The notes under the pieces are model-generated. The model worked only from the letters and a program-made list of their open reading frames with translations, had not been told where the DNA came from and did not search any database. A program made the translations under genes and the position numbers. From Escherichia coli (lineage in GTDB: Bacteria; Pseudomonadota; Gammaproteobacteria; Enterobacterales; Enterobacteriaceae): 64,000 nt of DNA. Within the stretch, counting starts at the first letter, position 1. Every line of letters begins with the position of its first letter. The stretch lies in assembly GCF_044324875.1 (NCBI RefSeq), contig NZ_CP172185.1; one strand, given 5' to 3'. This document shows positions 33,170 to 47,364 of the stretch, in pieces.

Positions 33170-34495
33170 ATGAGTGAGATATCCCGGCAAGAGTTTCAGC
33201 GTCGCCGTCAGGCCCTGGTGGAGCAAATGCAACCCGGCAGCGCCGCGCTGATTTTTGCAGCACCAGAAGTAACACGTAGCGCCGACAGCGAATACCCCTA
33301 TCGTCAGAACAGTGACTTCTGGTACTTCACCGGCTTTAACGAACCGGAAGCGGTGCTGGTGCTGATTAAAAGTGATGACACTCATAACCACAGCGTTCTG
33401 TTTAACCGCGTGCGCGACCTGACGGCAGAGATCTGGTTTGGCCGCCGCTTAGGTCAGGATGCCGCGCCAGAGAAACTGGGCGTTGACCGCGCACTGGCAT
33501 TCAGTGAAATCAATCAGCAACTTTATCAACTGCTTAACGGTCTGGATGTGGTTTACCATGCCCAGGGCGAATATGCGTATGCTGATGAAATCGTGAACAG
33601 TGCGCTGGAAAAACTGCGTAAAGGCTCGCGACAGAATCTCACCGCCCCGGCAACGATGATCGACTGGCGTCCCATGGTACATGAAATGCGCCTGTTCAAA
33701 TCCCCAGAAGAGATTGCCGTACTTCGCCGCGCGGGGGAAATCACCGCCCTGGCGCATACCCGGGCGATGGAAAAATGCCGTCCGGGAATGTTCGAGTACC
33801 ATCTGGAAGGCGAAATTCACCACGAATTTAACCGCCACGGTGCTCGCTATCCGTCCTATAACACCATTGTCGGCAGCGGTGAAAACGGCTGTATTCTGCA
33901 CTACACCGAAAACGAGAGTGAACTGCGCGACGGTGACCTGGTGTTGATTGACGCGGGTTGTGAATACAAAGGTTACGCGGGCGATATTACCCGCACCTTC
34001 CCGGTCAACGGCAAATTCACCCAGGCCCAGCGTGAAATCTACGACATTGTGCTGGAGTCTCTTGAAACCAGCCTGCGCCTGTATCGTCCGGGAACCTCCA
34101 TTCTGGAAGTCACTGGTGAAGTGGTGCGCATCATGGTTAGCGGCCTGGTAAAACTCGGCATCCTGAAAGGTGATGTTGATGAACTGATCGCTCAGAACGC
34201 CCATCGTCCTTTCTTTATGCATGGCCTTAGCCACTGGTTAGGGCTGGATGTCCATGACGTTGGCGTTTATGGTCAGGATCGCTCGCGCATTCTGGAACCG
34301 GGCATGGTACTGACCGTAGAGCCAGGTCTGTATATCGCGCCGGATGCAGATGTGCCAGAACAATATCGCGGTATCGGCATTCGTATTGAAGACGACATCG
34401 TGATTACCGAAACCGGCAACGAAAACCTCACCGCCAGCGTGGTGAAAAAGCCGGAAGAAATCGAAGCGTTGATGGCAGCTGCGAGAAAGCAATGA
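33170..34495 (+). CDS. pepP: Xaa-Pro aminopeptidase (aminopeptidase P II)
   Basis: 441 aa starting MSEISRQEFQRRRQALVEQMQPGS; M24 peptidase motifs. Confidence 0.95.
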   Translation: MSEISRQEFQRRRQALVEQMQPGSAALIFAAPEVTRSADSEYPYRQNSDFWYFTGFNEPEAVLVLIKSDDTHNHSVLFNRVRDLTAEIWFGRRLGQDAAPEKLGVDRALAFSEINQQLYQLLNGLDVVYHAQGEYAYADEIVNSALEKLRKGSRQNLTAPATMIDWRPMVHEMRLFKSPEEIAVLRRAGEITALAHTRAMEKCRPGMFEYHLEGEIHHEFNRHGARYPSYNTIVGSGENGCILHYTENESELRDGDLVLIDAGCEYKGYAGDITRTFPVNGKFTQAQREIYDIVLESLETSLRLYRPGTSILEVTGEVVRIMVSGLVKLGILKGDVDELIAQNAHRPFFMHGLSHWLGLDVHDVGVYGQDRSRILEPGMVLTVEPGLYIAPDADVPEQYRGIGIRIEDDIVITETGNENLTASVVKKPEEIEALMAAARKQ

Positions 34496-35670
34496 GCGTA
34501 ATCATCGTCGGTGGCGGCATGGCGGGCGCGACGCTGGCGCTGGCTATTTCCCGGTTAAGTCACGGGGCGCTGCCGGTACATTTGATTGAAGCGACAGCGC
34601 CAGAGTCACATGCTCATCCGGGCTTTGATGGACGAGCTATTGCGCTGGCGGCGGGCACTTGTCAGCAACTGGCGCGCATCGGCGTCTGGCAATCTTTGGC
34701 TGATTGCGCAACCGCCATCACTACCGTGCATGTCAGCGATCGTGGTCATGCCGGATTCGTCACTCTCACCGCAGAAGATTACCAACTGGCGGCGCTGGGG
34801 CAGGTTGTCGAATTGCATAATGTCGGGCAACGGCTGTTTGCATTGCTGCGCAAAGCACCTGGCGTAACGCTGCATTGTCCTGATCGCGTGGCTAACGTTG
34901 CCCGTACTCAGAGTCACGTTGAAGTGACGCTGGAGAGTGGCGAGACGCTGACGGGCTGCGTGCTGGTAGCCGCTGATGGCACCCATTCAGCGTTAGCCAC
35001 TGCGTGCGGCGTTGACTGGCAGCAGGAGCCTTACGAACAACTGGCAGTGATTGCCAACGTTGCGACTTCCGTTGCGCATGAAGGGCGCGCTTTTGAACGC
35101 TTTACGCAACATGGCCCGCTGGCGATGTTGCCGATGTCTGACGGACGCTGTTCGCTGGTCTGGTGTCATCCACTGGAACGGCGCGAAGAGGTGCTGTCGT
35201 GGAGCGACGAGACGTTTTGCCGTGAACTCCAGTCGGCCTTTGGTTGGCGACTTGGGAAAATTACCCACGCTGGTAAACGCAGTGCTTACCCGCTGGCGTT
35301 AACCCGCGCCGCCAGACCTGTTACCCATCGTACCGTGCTGGTGGGCAATGCGGCGCAAACTCTGCACCCGATTGCCGGGCAAGGGTTCAACCTCGGTATG
35401 CGAGATGTCATGAGCCTTGCGGAAACCCTGACTCAGGCGCAGGAGCGCGGAGAAGACATGGGTGATTACGGCGTATTGTGCCGTTATCAGCAGCGTCGAC
35501 AGAGCGATCGCGAAGCAACCATCGGCGTCACGGACAGCCTTGTACATCTTTTTGCCAACCGTTGGGGGCCGCTGGTTGTCGGGCGCAACATCGGGCTGAT
35601 GGCAATGGAATTATTCACCCCGGCACGCGATGTGCTGGCGCAGCGCACCCTCGGTTGGGTGGCGCGTTGA
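34492..35670 (+). CDS. ubiH: 2-octaprenyl-6-methoxyphenol hydroxylase
   Basis: 392 aa; FAD-binding GGGMAG motif; ATGA overlap with pepP. Confidence 0.95.
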   Translation: MSVIIVGGGMAGATLALAISRLSHGALPVHLIEATAPESHAHPGFDGRAIALAAGTCQQLARIGVWQSLADCATAITTVHVSDRGHAGFVTLTAEDYQLAALGQVVELHNVGQRLFALLRKAPGVTLHCPDRVANVARTQSHVEVTLESGETLTGCVLVAADGTHSALATACGVDWQQEPYEQLAVIANVATSVAHEGRAFERFTQHGPLAMLPMSDGRCSLVWCHPLERREEVLSWSDETFCRELQSAFGWRLGKITHAGKRSAYPLALTRAARPVTHRTVLVGNAAQTLHPIAGQGFNLGMRDVMSLAETLTQAQERGEDMGDYGVLCRYQQRRQSDREATIGVTDSLVHLFANRWGPLVVGRNIGLMAMELFTPARDVLAQRTLGWVAR

Positions 35671-35692
35671 AGGCGGTTTTAAGGAATAAACA

Positions 35693-36895
35693 ATGCAAAG
35701 TGTTGATGTAGCCATTGTTGGCGGCGGCATGGTGGGGCTGGCGGTTGCCTGCGGCTTGCAGGGTAGTGGCTTACGCGTTGCCGTACTGGAGCAGCGCGTA
35801 CCGGAACCTCTGGCGGCGGATGCACCACCACAACTGCGCGTTTCGGCTATCAATGCCGCCAGCGAAAAATTACTCACCCGTCTTGGCGTCTGGCAGGACA
35901 TTCTCTCTCGTAGGGCCAGCTGTTATCACGGTATGGAAGTGTGGGACAAAGACAGCTTTGGTCACATTTCGTTTGACGATCAAAGCATGGGCTATAGCCA
36001 TCTTGGGCATATCGTTGAAAATTCAGTGATTCACTACGCGCTGTGGAACAAAGCGCATCAGTCGTCAGATATCACTCTGTTAGCCCCCGCAGAATTACAG
36101 CAGGTCGCCTGGGGAGAAAATGAAACCTTCCTGACGCTGAAAGACGGCAGTATGTTAACGGCGCGTCTGGTGATTGGCGCGGACGGCGCTAATTCCTGGT
36201 TGCGCAACAAAGCCGATATTCCGCTGACCTTCTGGGATTATCAGCATCACGCGCTGGTGGCGACCATTCGCACTGAAGAACCGCATGATGCGGTGGCGCG
36301 GCAGGTTTTCCATGGCGAAGGCATTCTGGCCTTTTTACCGCTTAGCGATCCGCATCTTTGCTCGATTGTCTGGTCACTGTCGCCAGAGGAAGCGCAGCGG
36401 ATGCAGCAGGCAGGGGAAGACGAATTTAATCGCGCGTTAAATATCGCTTTTGATAATCGCCTGGGCTTATGCAAGGTTGAGAGCGAGCGTCAGGTGTTCC
36501 CGCTGACGGGGCGTTATGCCCGCCAGTTTGCCGCACACCGTCTGGCGTTGGTGGGCGACGCCGCGCATACTATTCACCCGCTCGCGGGGCAGGGCGTTAA
36601 TCTCGGCTTTATGGATGCCGCAGAGCTGATTGCCGAACTGAAACGGTTGCATCGTCAGGGTAAAGACATCGGGCAGTACATTTACCTGCGTCGCTATGAG
36701 CGTAGCCGTAAGCACAGTGCGGCGCTGATGCTGGCTGGTATGCAGGGATTTCGCGATCTGTTTTCCGGTACCAATCCGGCGAAAAAACTGCTGCGTGATA
36801 TTGGTCTGAAACTGGCCGACACGCTTCCTGGCGTTAAACCACAACTTATCCGCCAGGCAATGGGATTAAACGATTTGCCTGAATGGCTGCGTTAA
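35693..36895 (+). CDS. ubiI: 2-octaprenylphenol hydroxylase (VisC)
   Basis: 400 aa; FAD-dependent monooxygenase, paralog of UbiH. Confidence 0.93.
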   Translation: MQSVDVAIVGGGMVGLAVACGLQGSGLRVAVLEQRVPEPLAADAPPQLRVSAINAASEKLLTRLGVWQDILSRRASCYHGMEVWDKDSFGHISFDDQSMGYSHLGHIVENSVIHYALWNKAHQSSDITLLAPAELQQVAWGENETFLTLKDGSMLTARLVIGADGANSWLRNKADIPLTFWDYQHHALVATIRTEEPHDAVARQVFHGEGILAFLPLSDPHLCSIVWSLSPEEAQRMQQAGEDEFNRALNIAFDNRLGLCKVESERQVFPLTGRYARQFAAHRLALVGDAAHTIHPLAGQGVNLGFMDAAELIAELKRLHRQGKDIGQYIYLRRYERSRKHSAALMLAGMQGFRDLFSGTNPAKKLLRDIGLKLADTLPGVKPQLIRQAMGLNDLPEWLR

Positions 36896-36989
36896 AAATT
36901 TCTCCTCTGTTGTTTATTTGATACCCATCACACTTTCATCTCCCGGTTTTTTCGCCGGGAGATTTTCCTCATTTGAAATAAACTAATTT

Positions 36990-37342
36990 CACCTCCGTTT
37001 TCGCATTATATTTTCTAATGTCACGAATTTTTGATTTAGTGTTTTTTGACATTTTTTCAGTTCTTAATATTGAATTAATCAAATTAACTTTCTCATTACA
37101 TCATCTTTGTATAGAAACTGGTAAGTTTTTTGGTTTTTTATTCTGTTGCGCTTTTTGCGTTTTTTAACCATAAGCTAATGTGATGATCAATTTTACCTTA
37201 TGGTTAACAGTCTGTTTCGGTGGTAAGTTCAGGCAAAAGAGAACGATTGCGTTGGGGACCGGGAGTGGCTCCGATGCTGGGTTTCGTGGTGATAATTTCG
37301 CCATGGAAAAGTTGTCAGCCCCGCTTATTCAATGAGGACAAG
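36990..37342 (+). promoter_or_regulatory. gcvTHP promoter/control region
   Basis: About 350 bp of AT-rich sequence upstream of gcvT; the known gcv control region carries GcvA, Lrp, CRP and PurR sites, but individual sites were not mapped here. Confidence 0.45.
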
Positions 37343-38437
37343 ATGGCACAACAGACTCCTTTGTACGAACAACACACGCTTTGCGGCGCTCGCATGGTGG
37401 ATTTCCACGGCTGGATGATGCCGCTGCATTACGGTTCGCAAATAGACGAACATCATGCGGTACGTACCGATGCCGGAATGTTTGATGTGTCACATATGAC
37501 CATCGTCGATCTTCGCGGCAGCCGCACCCGGGAGTTTCTGCGTTATCTGCTGGCGAACGATGTGGCGAAACTCACCAAAAGCGGCAAAGCCCTTTACTCG
37601 GGGATGTTGAATGCCTCTGGCGGTGTGATAGATGACCTCATCGTCTACTACTTTACTGAAGATTTCTTCCGCCTCGTTGTTAACTCCGCCACCCGCGAAA
37701 AAGACCTCTCCTGGATTACCCAACACGCTGAACCTTTCGGCATCGAAATTACCGTTCGTGATGACCTTTCCATGATCGCCGTACAAGGGCCGAATGCGCA
37801 GGCAAAAGCTGCCACACTGTTTAATGACGCCCAGCGTCAGGCAGTGGAAGGGATGAAACCGTTCTTTGGCGTGCAGGCGGGCGATCTGTTTATTGCCACC
37901 ACTGGTTATACCGGTGAAGCGGGCTACGAAATTGCGCTGCCCAATGAAAAAGCGGCCGATTTCTGGCGCGAGCTGGTGGAAGCGGGCGTTAAGCCATGCG
38001 GTCTGGGCGCGCGTGACACGCTGCGTCTGGAAGCGGGCATGAATTTGTATAGTCAGGAGATGGACGAAACCATCTCTCCGTTAGCCGCCAACATGGGCTG
38101 GACCATCGCATGGGAACCGGCTGATCGTGACTTTATCGGTCGTGAAGCTCTGGAAGCGCAGCGTGAACATGGCACAGAAAAACTGGTTGGTCTGGTGATG
38201 ACCGAAAAAGGCGTGCTGCGTAATGAACTGCCGGTACGTTTTACTGATGCGCAGGGCAACCAGCATGAAGGCATTATCACCAGCGGGACTTTCTCCCCGA
38301 CGCTGGGTTACAGCATTGCGCTGGCGCGCGTGCCGGAAGGTATTGGTGAAACAGCGATTGTGCAAATTCGCAACCGTGAAATGCCGGTTAAAGTGACGAA
38401 ACCTGTTTTTGTGCGTAACGGTAAAGCCGTCGCGTGA
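37343..38437 (+). CDS. gcvT: Glycine cleavage system T protein (aminomethyltransferase)
   Basis: 364 aa from [33 protein letters not shown]. Confidence 0.97.
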
Positions 38438-38460
38438 TTTACTTTTTTGGAGATTGATTG

Positions 38461-38850
38461 ATGAGCAACGTACCAGCAGAACTGAAATACAGCAAAGAAC
38501 ACGAATGGCTGCGTAAAGAAGCCGACGGCACTTACACCGTTGGTATAACCGAACATGCCCAGGAGCTGTTAGGCGATATGGTGTTTGTTGACCTGCCGGA
38601 AGTGGGCGCAACGGTTAGCGCGGGCGATGACTGCGCGGTTGCCGAATCAGTAAAAGCGGCGTCAGACATTTATGCGCCAGTAAGCGGTGAAATCGTGGCG
38701 GTAAACGACGCACTGAGCGATTCCCCGGAACTGGTGAACAGCGAACCGTATGCAGGCGGCTGGATCTTTAAAATCAAAGCCAGCGATGAAAGCGAACTGG
38801 AATCACTGCTGGATGCGACCTCATACGAAGCATTGTTAGAAGACGAGTAA
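38461..38850 (+). CDS. gcvH: Glycine cleavage system H protein
   Basis: 129 aa from [20 protein letters not shown]; lipoyl-lysine motif region. Confidence 0.97.
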   Translation: MSNVPAELKYSKEHEWLRKEADGTYTVGITEHAQELLGDMVFVDLPEVGATVSAGDDCAVAESVKAASDIYAPVSGEIVAVNDALSDSPELVNSEPYAGGWIFKIKASDESELESLLDATSYEALLEDE

Positions 38851-38968
38851 CGGCTTTATTCCTCTTCTGCGGGAGAGGATCAGGGTGAGGAACTTTTACG
38901 CCTCACCTTCACTCTCTTCGCAAGGAGAGAGGTTCACAATTCACTGCACGTTTCAGGAACCATCGCTC

Positions 38969-41842
38969 ATGACACAGACGTTAAGCCAGCTTGAAAACAG
39001 CGGCGCTTTTATTGAACGCCATATCGGACCGGACGCCGCGCAACAGCAAGAAATGCTGAATGCCGTTGGCGCACAATCGTTAAACGCGCTGATCGGCCAG
39101 ATTGTGCCGAAAGATATTCAGCTTGCGACCCCGCCGCAGGTTGGCGCACCGGCGACCGAATACGCCGCGCTGGCGGAACTCAAGGCTATTGCCAGTCGCA
39201 ATAAACGCTTCACGTCTTACATCGGCATGGGTTACACCGCCGTGCAGCTACCGCCGGTTATTCTGCGTAACATGCTGGAAAATCCGGGCTGGTATACCGC
39301 GTATACTCCGTATCAACCTGAAGTCTCCCAGGGCCGCCTTGAAGCACTGCTCAACTTCCAGCAGGTAACGCTGGATTTGACCGGTCTGGATATGGCATCG
39401 GCTTCTCTTCTTGACGAAGCCACCGCTGCCGCCGAAGCAATGGCGATGGCTAAACGCGTCAGCAAACTGAAAAATGCCAACCGCTTCTTCGTTGCTTCTG
39501 ACGTCCATCCGCAAACGTTGGATGTGGTACGTACTCGTGCCGAAACCTTTGGTTTTGAAGTGATTGTCGATGACGCGCAAAAAGTGCTCGACCATCAGGA
39601 CGTCTTCGGCGTGCTGTTACAGCAGGTTGGCACAACCGGTGAAATCCACGACTACACTGCGCTCATCAGCGAACTGAAATCACGCAAAATTGTGGTCAGC
39701 GTCGCCGCCGATATTATGGCGCTGGTGCTGTTAACTGCGCCGGGTAAACAGGGCGCGGATATTGTTTTTGGTTCGGCGCAACGCTTTGGCGTACCGATGG
39801 GTTACGGTGGCCCACACGCGGCATTCTTTGCGGCGAAAGATGAATACAAACGCTCAATGCCGGGCCGTATTATCGGTGTATCGAAAGATGCAGCTGGCAA
39901 TACCGCTCTGCGCATGGCGATGCAGACTCGCGAGCAACATATTCGCCGTGAGAAAGCGAACTCCAACATTTGTACTTCCCAGGTACTGCTGGCAAACATC
40001 GCCAGCCTGTATGCCGTTTATCACGGCCCGGTGGGCCTGAAACGTATCGCTAACCGCATCCACCGTCTGACCGATATCCTGGCGGCGGGCCTGCAACAAA
40101 AAGGTCTGAAACTGCGCCATGCGCACTATTTCGACACCTTGTGTGTGGAAGTGGCCGACAAAGCGGGCGTACTGACGCGTGCCGAAGCGGCTGAAATCAA
40201 CCTGCGTAGCGATATCCTGAACGCGGTTGGGATCACCCTTGATGAAACCACCACGCGTGAAAACGTGATGCAGCTTTTCAGCGTGCTGCTGGGCGATAAC
40301 CACGGGCTGGAGATCGACACGCTGGACAAAGACGTGGCTCACGACAGCCGCTCTATTCAGCCTGCGATGCTGCGCGACGACGAAATCCTCACCCATCCGG
40401 TGTTTAATCGCTACCACAGCGAAACCGAAATGATGCGCTATATGCACTCGCTGGAGCGTAAAGATCTGGCGCTGAATCAGGCGATGATCCCGCTGGGTTC
40501 CTGCACCATGAAACTAAACGCCGCCGCCGAGATGATCCCAATCACCTGGCCGGAATTTGCCGAACTGCACCCGTTCTGCCCGCCGGAGCAGGCCGAAGGT
40601 TATCAGCAGATGATCGCGCAGCTGGCTGACTGGCTGGTGAAACTGACCGGTTACGACGCCGTTTGTATGCAGCCGAACTCTGGCGCACAGGGCGAATACG
40701 CGGGCCTGCTGGCGATTCGTCATTATCATGAAAGCCGCAACGAAGGGCATCGCGATATCTGCCTGATCCCGGCATCTGCCCACGGCACTAACCCCGCTTC
40801 CGCGCATATGGCGGGGATGCAGGTGGTGGTTGTGGCGTGTGATAAAAACGGCAATATCGATTTGACTGATCTGCGCGCGAAAGCGGAGCAGGCGGGCGAT
40901 AACCTCTCCTGCATCATGGTGACCTATCCTTCCACTCACGGCGTGTATGAAGAAACGATCCGTGAGGTTTGTGAAGTCGTGCATCAGTTCGGTGGTCAGG
41001 TTTACCTTGATGGCGCGAACATGAACGCTCAGGTTGGCATCACCTCGCCGGGCTTTATTGGTGCGGACGTCTCGCACCTCAACCTGCATAAAACTTTCTG
41101 CATTCCGCACGGCGGTGGTGGTCCGGGTATGGGACCGATCGGCGTGAAAGCGCATCTGGCACCGTTTGTGCCAGGTCATAGCGTGGTACAAATAGAAGGC
41201 ATGTTAACCCGTCAGGGCGCGGTTTCTGCGGCACCGTTCGGTAGCGCATCCATTCTGCCAATCAGCTGGATGTACATCCGCATGATGGGCGCAGAAGGGC
41301 TGAAAAAAGCAAGCCAGGTGGCAATCCTCAACGCCAACTATATTGCCAGCCGCCTGCAGGATGCCTTCCCGGTGCTGTATACCGGTCGCGACGGTCGCGT
41401 GGCGCACGAATGTATTCTCGATATTCGCCCGCTGAAAGAAGAAACCGGCATCAGCGAACTGGATATTGCCAAGCGTCTGATCGACTACGGTTTCCACGCG
41501 CCGACCATGTCGTTCCCGGTGGCGGGTACGCTGATGGTTGAACCGACTGAATCTGAAAGCAAAGTGGAACTGGATCGCTTTATCGACGCGATGCTGGCTA
41601 TCCGCGCAGAAATCGACCAGGTTAAAGCCGGTGTCTGGCCGCTGGAAGATAACCCGCTGGTGAACGCGCCGCACATTCAGAGCGAACTGGTCGCCGAGTG
41701 GGCGCATCCGTACAGCCGTGAAGTTGCGGTATTCCCGGCAGGCGTGGCAGACAAATACTGGCCGACAGTGAAACGTCTGGATGATGTTTACGGCGACCGT
41801 AACCTGTTCTGCTCCTGCGTACCGATTAGCGAATACCAGTAA
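38969..41842 (+). CDS. gcvP: Glycine dehydrogenase (decarboxylating), P protein
   Basis: 957 aa from [22 protein letters not shown]. Confidence 0.97.
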   Translation: MTQTLSQLENSGAFIERHIGPDAAQQQEMLNAVGAQSLNALIGQIVPKDIQLATPPQVGAPATEYAALAELKAIASRNKRFTSYIGMGYTAVQLPPVILRNMLENPGWYTAYTPYQPEVSQGRLEALLNFQQVTLDLTGLDMASASLLDEATAAAEAMAMAKRVSKLKNANRFFVASDVHPQTLDVVRTRAETFGFEVIVDDAQKVLDHQDVFGVLLQQVGTTGEIHDYTALISELKSRKIVVSVAADIMALVLLTAPGKQGADIVFGSAQRFGVPMGYGGPHAAFFAAKDEYKRSMPGRIIGVSKDAAGNTALRMAMQTREQHIRREKANSNICTSQVLLANIASLYAVYHGPVGLKRIANRIHRLTDILAAGLQQKGLKLRHAHYFDTLCVEVADKAGVLTRAEAAEINLRSDILNAVGITLDETTTRENVMQLFSVLLGDNHGLEIDTLDKDVAHDSRSIQPAMLRDDEILTHPVFNRYHSETEMMRYMHSLERKDLALNQAMIPLGSCTMKLNAAAEMIPITWPEFAELHPFCPPEQAEGYQQMIAQLADWLVKLTGYDAVCMQPNSGAQGEYAGLLAIRHYHESRNEGHRDICLIPASAHGTNPASAHMAGMQVVVVACDKNGNIDLTDLRAKAEQAGDNLSCIMVTYPSTHGVYEETIREVCEVVHQFGGQVYLDGANMNAQVGITSPGFIGADVSHLNLHKTFCIPHGGGGPGMGPIGVKAHLAPFVPGHSVVQIEGMLTRQGAVSAAPFGSASILPISWMYIRMMGAEGLKKASQVAILNANYIASRLQDAFPVLYTGRDGRVAHECILDIRPLKEETGISELDIAKRLIDYGFHAPTMSFPVAGTLMVEPTESESKVELDRFIDAMLAIRAEIDQVKAGVWPLEDNPLVNAPHIQSELVAEWAHPYSREVAVFPAGVADKYWPTVKRLDDVYGDRNLFCSCVPISEYQ

Positions 41843-41864
41843 TTCACTGATTCGACTATCTTCT

Positions 41865-41888
41865 AAAGGCGCTTCGGCGCCTTTTTAG
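41865..41888 (+). terminator. gcvP intrinsic terminator
   Basis: aaaggcgcTTCGgcgccttttt hairpin with a T tract. Confidence 0.75.
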
Positions 41889-41959
41889 CTTGTTAATAAA
41901 GTGCGCTTTGTGTGTTTCGACTGAGGCGTAATATAAAATATTGCGAGCTCAATATATTA

Positions 41960-41998
41960 AAAGAGTGCCAGGCCTGATGAGCGTAGCGCATCAGGCAC
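41960..41998. repeat. REP element
   Basis: gccaggcctgatgagcgtagcgcatcaggc palindromic unit. Confidence 0.7.
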
Positions 41999-42007
41999 AT
42001 CGGCTAA

Positions 42008-43468
<1,461 letters not shown>

Positions 43469-43485
43469 TTACAGGAAATAGTACC

Positions 43486-43797
43486 ATGCAGCCAAACGAC
43501 ATCACTTTTTTTCAACGTTTCCAGGATGACATTCTGGCTGGGCGTAAAACCATCACCATCCGCGACGAGTCTGAATCGCACTTCAAAACGGGTGATGTGC
43601 TTCGTGTCGGGCGTTTTGAAGATGACGGTTATTTTTGCACGATTGAAGTCACCGCAACCTCAACCGTAACGCTGGATACACTGACGGAAAAACATGCAGA
43701 GCAGGAAAATATGACCTTGACTGAACTGAAAAAGGTCATTGCCGACATCTATCCCGGTCAGACACAGTTTTATGTGATTGAATTTAAATGTCTTTAA
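43486..43797 (+). CDS. yqfB: ASCH-domain protein YqfB
   Basis: 103 aa starting [30 protein letters not shown]. Confidence 0.9.
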   Translation: MQPNDITFFQRFQDDILAGRKTITIRDESESHFKTGDVLRVGRFEDDGYFCTIEVTATSTVTLDTLTEKHAEQENMTLTELKKVIADIYPGQTQFYVIEFKCL

Positions 43798-43957
43798 ATT
43801 GAACTCACACCTGTTAGTTGAAATTTTGCATTTAATTTCATGATTTTTCGGAGATTAGTCCCAAATCAGAATTTATTTTAGCTAACAGGTGTTCACTGGA
43901 ACTATTCTCAGTTACGCTGGAGAGGTTTACACGTGCGTGTACGTTTCTCCGGAGTAA

Positions 43958-44620
<663 letters not shown>

Positions 44621-44624
44621 TGGG

Positions 44625-44800
44625 TGTGCATTAGTAGGCCTGATAAGACGCGTCAGCGTCGCATCAGGCATCGGATCGCAACTGCCGGATGCGGCGTGAA
44701 CGCCTTATCCGGCCTACGGGCCGCGTCCTTGGTGTGATAAAGGCACCAAATCCCAGGCATGATAAGACGCGTCAACGTCGCATCAGGCAATAGTCGCCGG
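44625..44800. repeat. BIME cluster (three to four REP units)
   Basis: Repeated gcctgataagacgcgtca(g/a)cgtcgcatcaggc and gccggatgcggcgtgaacgccttatccggcctac units. Confidence 0.85.
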
Positions 44801-44814
44801 AGCGATACAGAGAT

Positions 44815-45795
44815 TTATTCTTCCAGCGAATACGGCAGCGGCTCGATATGCAATGTATTCGCATCGTCACGCACGCGGAAGATGCTGTCCAGTTCCATAT
44901 CGTTATTCATGACGACCTGTACCACGACCTGACCATCTTCCAGTTTTACCGCAGCCAGCACCGTACCGGTACGACGCCAGTTCTCGCCCATTTTCAGCTC
45001 TAAGTCTTCACCAGCTTCCGGCAGTCGGCTGGCACTACCTGTCAGCAACCAGAGCGCGCGTTTGTTGGCACCACGGAATTTAGCTCGCGCCACCATCTCT
45101 TGTCCGGTATAGCAGCCTTTTTTAAAGCTAATGCCGCCCAGCGCCTGGAGGTTGGTCGCCTGTGGGATAAACTGCCCGCTGTTGGCGGCATCAATCACCG
45201 GGAAACCCGCTTCAATGTTTAATGCCAGCCACTGTTGGCTATTGTTCAGTTCCGCTTCACCGCGCAGTTTATCGGTCAGCATATTGGCAGTGGCTTCATC
45301 GGTTACGATCAGGAAACGTTCTGCAGGGTGTTCAAACCATAGCAAAGTGGTCGCGCCTTCTTTAACTACCTGTTTTTCTTTCGAAGGCAGTTCACTAAAG
45401 ATATTTGCCAGCGCGGCGCGCGCCTGAAAACCGGCAACACCAAGCAGCACACGCTCGTCGTCTGGCGCGATGGTCACTTTAGAGAATACCGCATATTTTT
45501 TCAGTTCAGTCAGCTGCGATTCACGCACGCTGCGCCGTTCAATCCATGCAAAGCCATCGCCGTCGCGGAACAGACGTAAATTGCTCCACATTTTACCTTT
45601 GGCGTCGCAATGGGCGGCGAGCAGGTGCTGATCTTCTGTCATCTGGCTGACATCTGCTGTCACCTGACCCTGCATATATTTTTCGCTGTCCGCGCCAGTA
45701 ATGGTGGCAAGCGCCCAGTCATCAAGCGTTATCAGCGTCAGCGGTAAACGGGCAGACGCCGTAGGCTGACGGGGAGGAAAAGGTGTAAAAGCCAT
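44815..45795 (-). CDS. ygfZ: tRNA-modifying folate-binding protein YgfZ
   Basis: 326 aa starting [29 protein letters not shown]. Confidence 0.93.
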   Translation of the reverse strand: MAFTPFPPRQPTASARLPLTLITLDDWALATITGADSEKYMQGQVTADVSQMTEDQHLLAAHCDAKGKMWSNLRLFRDGDGFAWIERRSVRESQLTELKKYAVFSKVTIAPDDERVLLGVAGFQARAALANIFSELPSKEKQVVKEGATTLLWFEHPAERFLIVTDEATANMLTDKLRGEAELNNSQQWLALNIEAGFPVIDAANSGQFIPQATNLQALGGISFKKGCYTGQEMVARAKFRGANKRALWLLTGSASRLPEAGEDLELKMGENWRRTGTVLAAVKLEDGQVVVQVVMNNDMELDSIFRVRDDANTLHIEPLPYSLEE

Positions 45796-46025
45796 AATAG
45801 AGTCCTGAGTTGCTTAACGGCGTATTAATCACTAATGGTAAAAGAGCTATGAGGCAATGCAAGTGCTTTCACTACGCGATCTGTGCCTTCTGCGAGGCGA
45901 CTTCCAAAAAAATGAAGCCCTTGAATTGTTGTGAATTAATTTCGCGATCGCGATGGTGTTTACTGATATTCCCGTAAAAGAAGTCGAAAAACACGTTACA
46001 ATAGCGGGGTACTGGATTTTCGTGA

Positions 46026-46692
<667 letters not shown>

Positions 46693-46731
46693 AGATGACG
46701 GCAAAGCATATGCGCTAAGCCGTCAGTGACA

Positions 46732-47253
46732 TCAGGCGTAATGCTCTGCCATTTCGTTGAGGATTTGTTCACACCAGCTCTGAATACGCTCGTCGCTAAG
46801 GTCATACTGGTTAGTTTCGTCCAGCGCCAGCCCCACGAACAGTTGCCCGTCAGCAATCACCGGTTTCGGGCTGGTAAATTCATACCCTTCCGTTGGCCAG
46901 TAGCCGACGAACTTCACGCCTTTGGTCGAGAGTTTGTCATGCAGCATACCGAGCGCATCGAGGAACCACTCGCCGTATCCCAGTTGATCGCCAAGCCCAT
47001 ACAGCGCAACAATTTTACCTTCAAGGTTCAGGTCGTCGAGCTGATCCCAGACGGCTTCCCAGTCTTCCTGGATTTCACCAAAATCCCAGGTCGGGATACC
47101 CAGAATGAGCACATCGTACTGCTCCATTAATTTCGGGGAGTCGTCCTTGAGGTTATGTAAGGTCACCAGTTCTGGGCCGATAATATCGCGGATTTTTTCT
47201 GCCGCCATTTCGGTGTAACAGGTGCTGGAACCGTAAAAAAGACCCATATTCAT
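46732..47253 (-). CDS. fldB: Flavodoxin 2
   Basis: 173 aa starting [23 protein letters not shown]. Confidence 0.95.
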
Positions 47254-47364
47254 AACGTAAGCTTCTCGATTCTGCTGTGGCTTTTGCGGCTAGTGTATCA
47301 GAATCGCTTTAGTCACGGCACAATAAGGCATAATGGATCAAATGAGTGACCATAAGGGGCGCAA

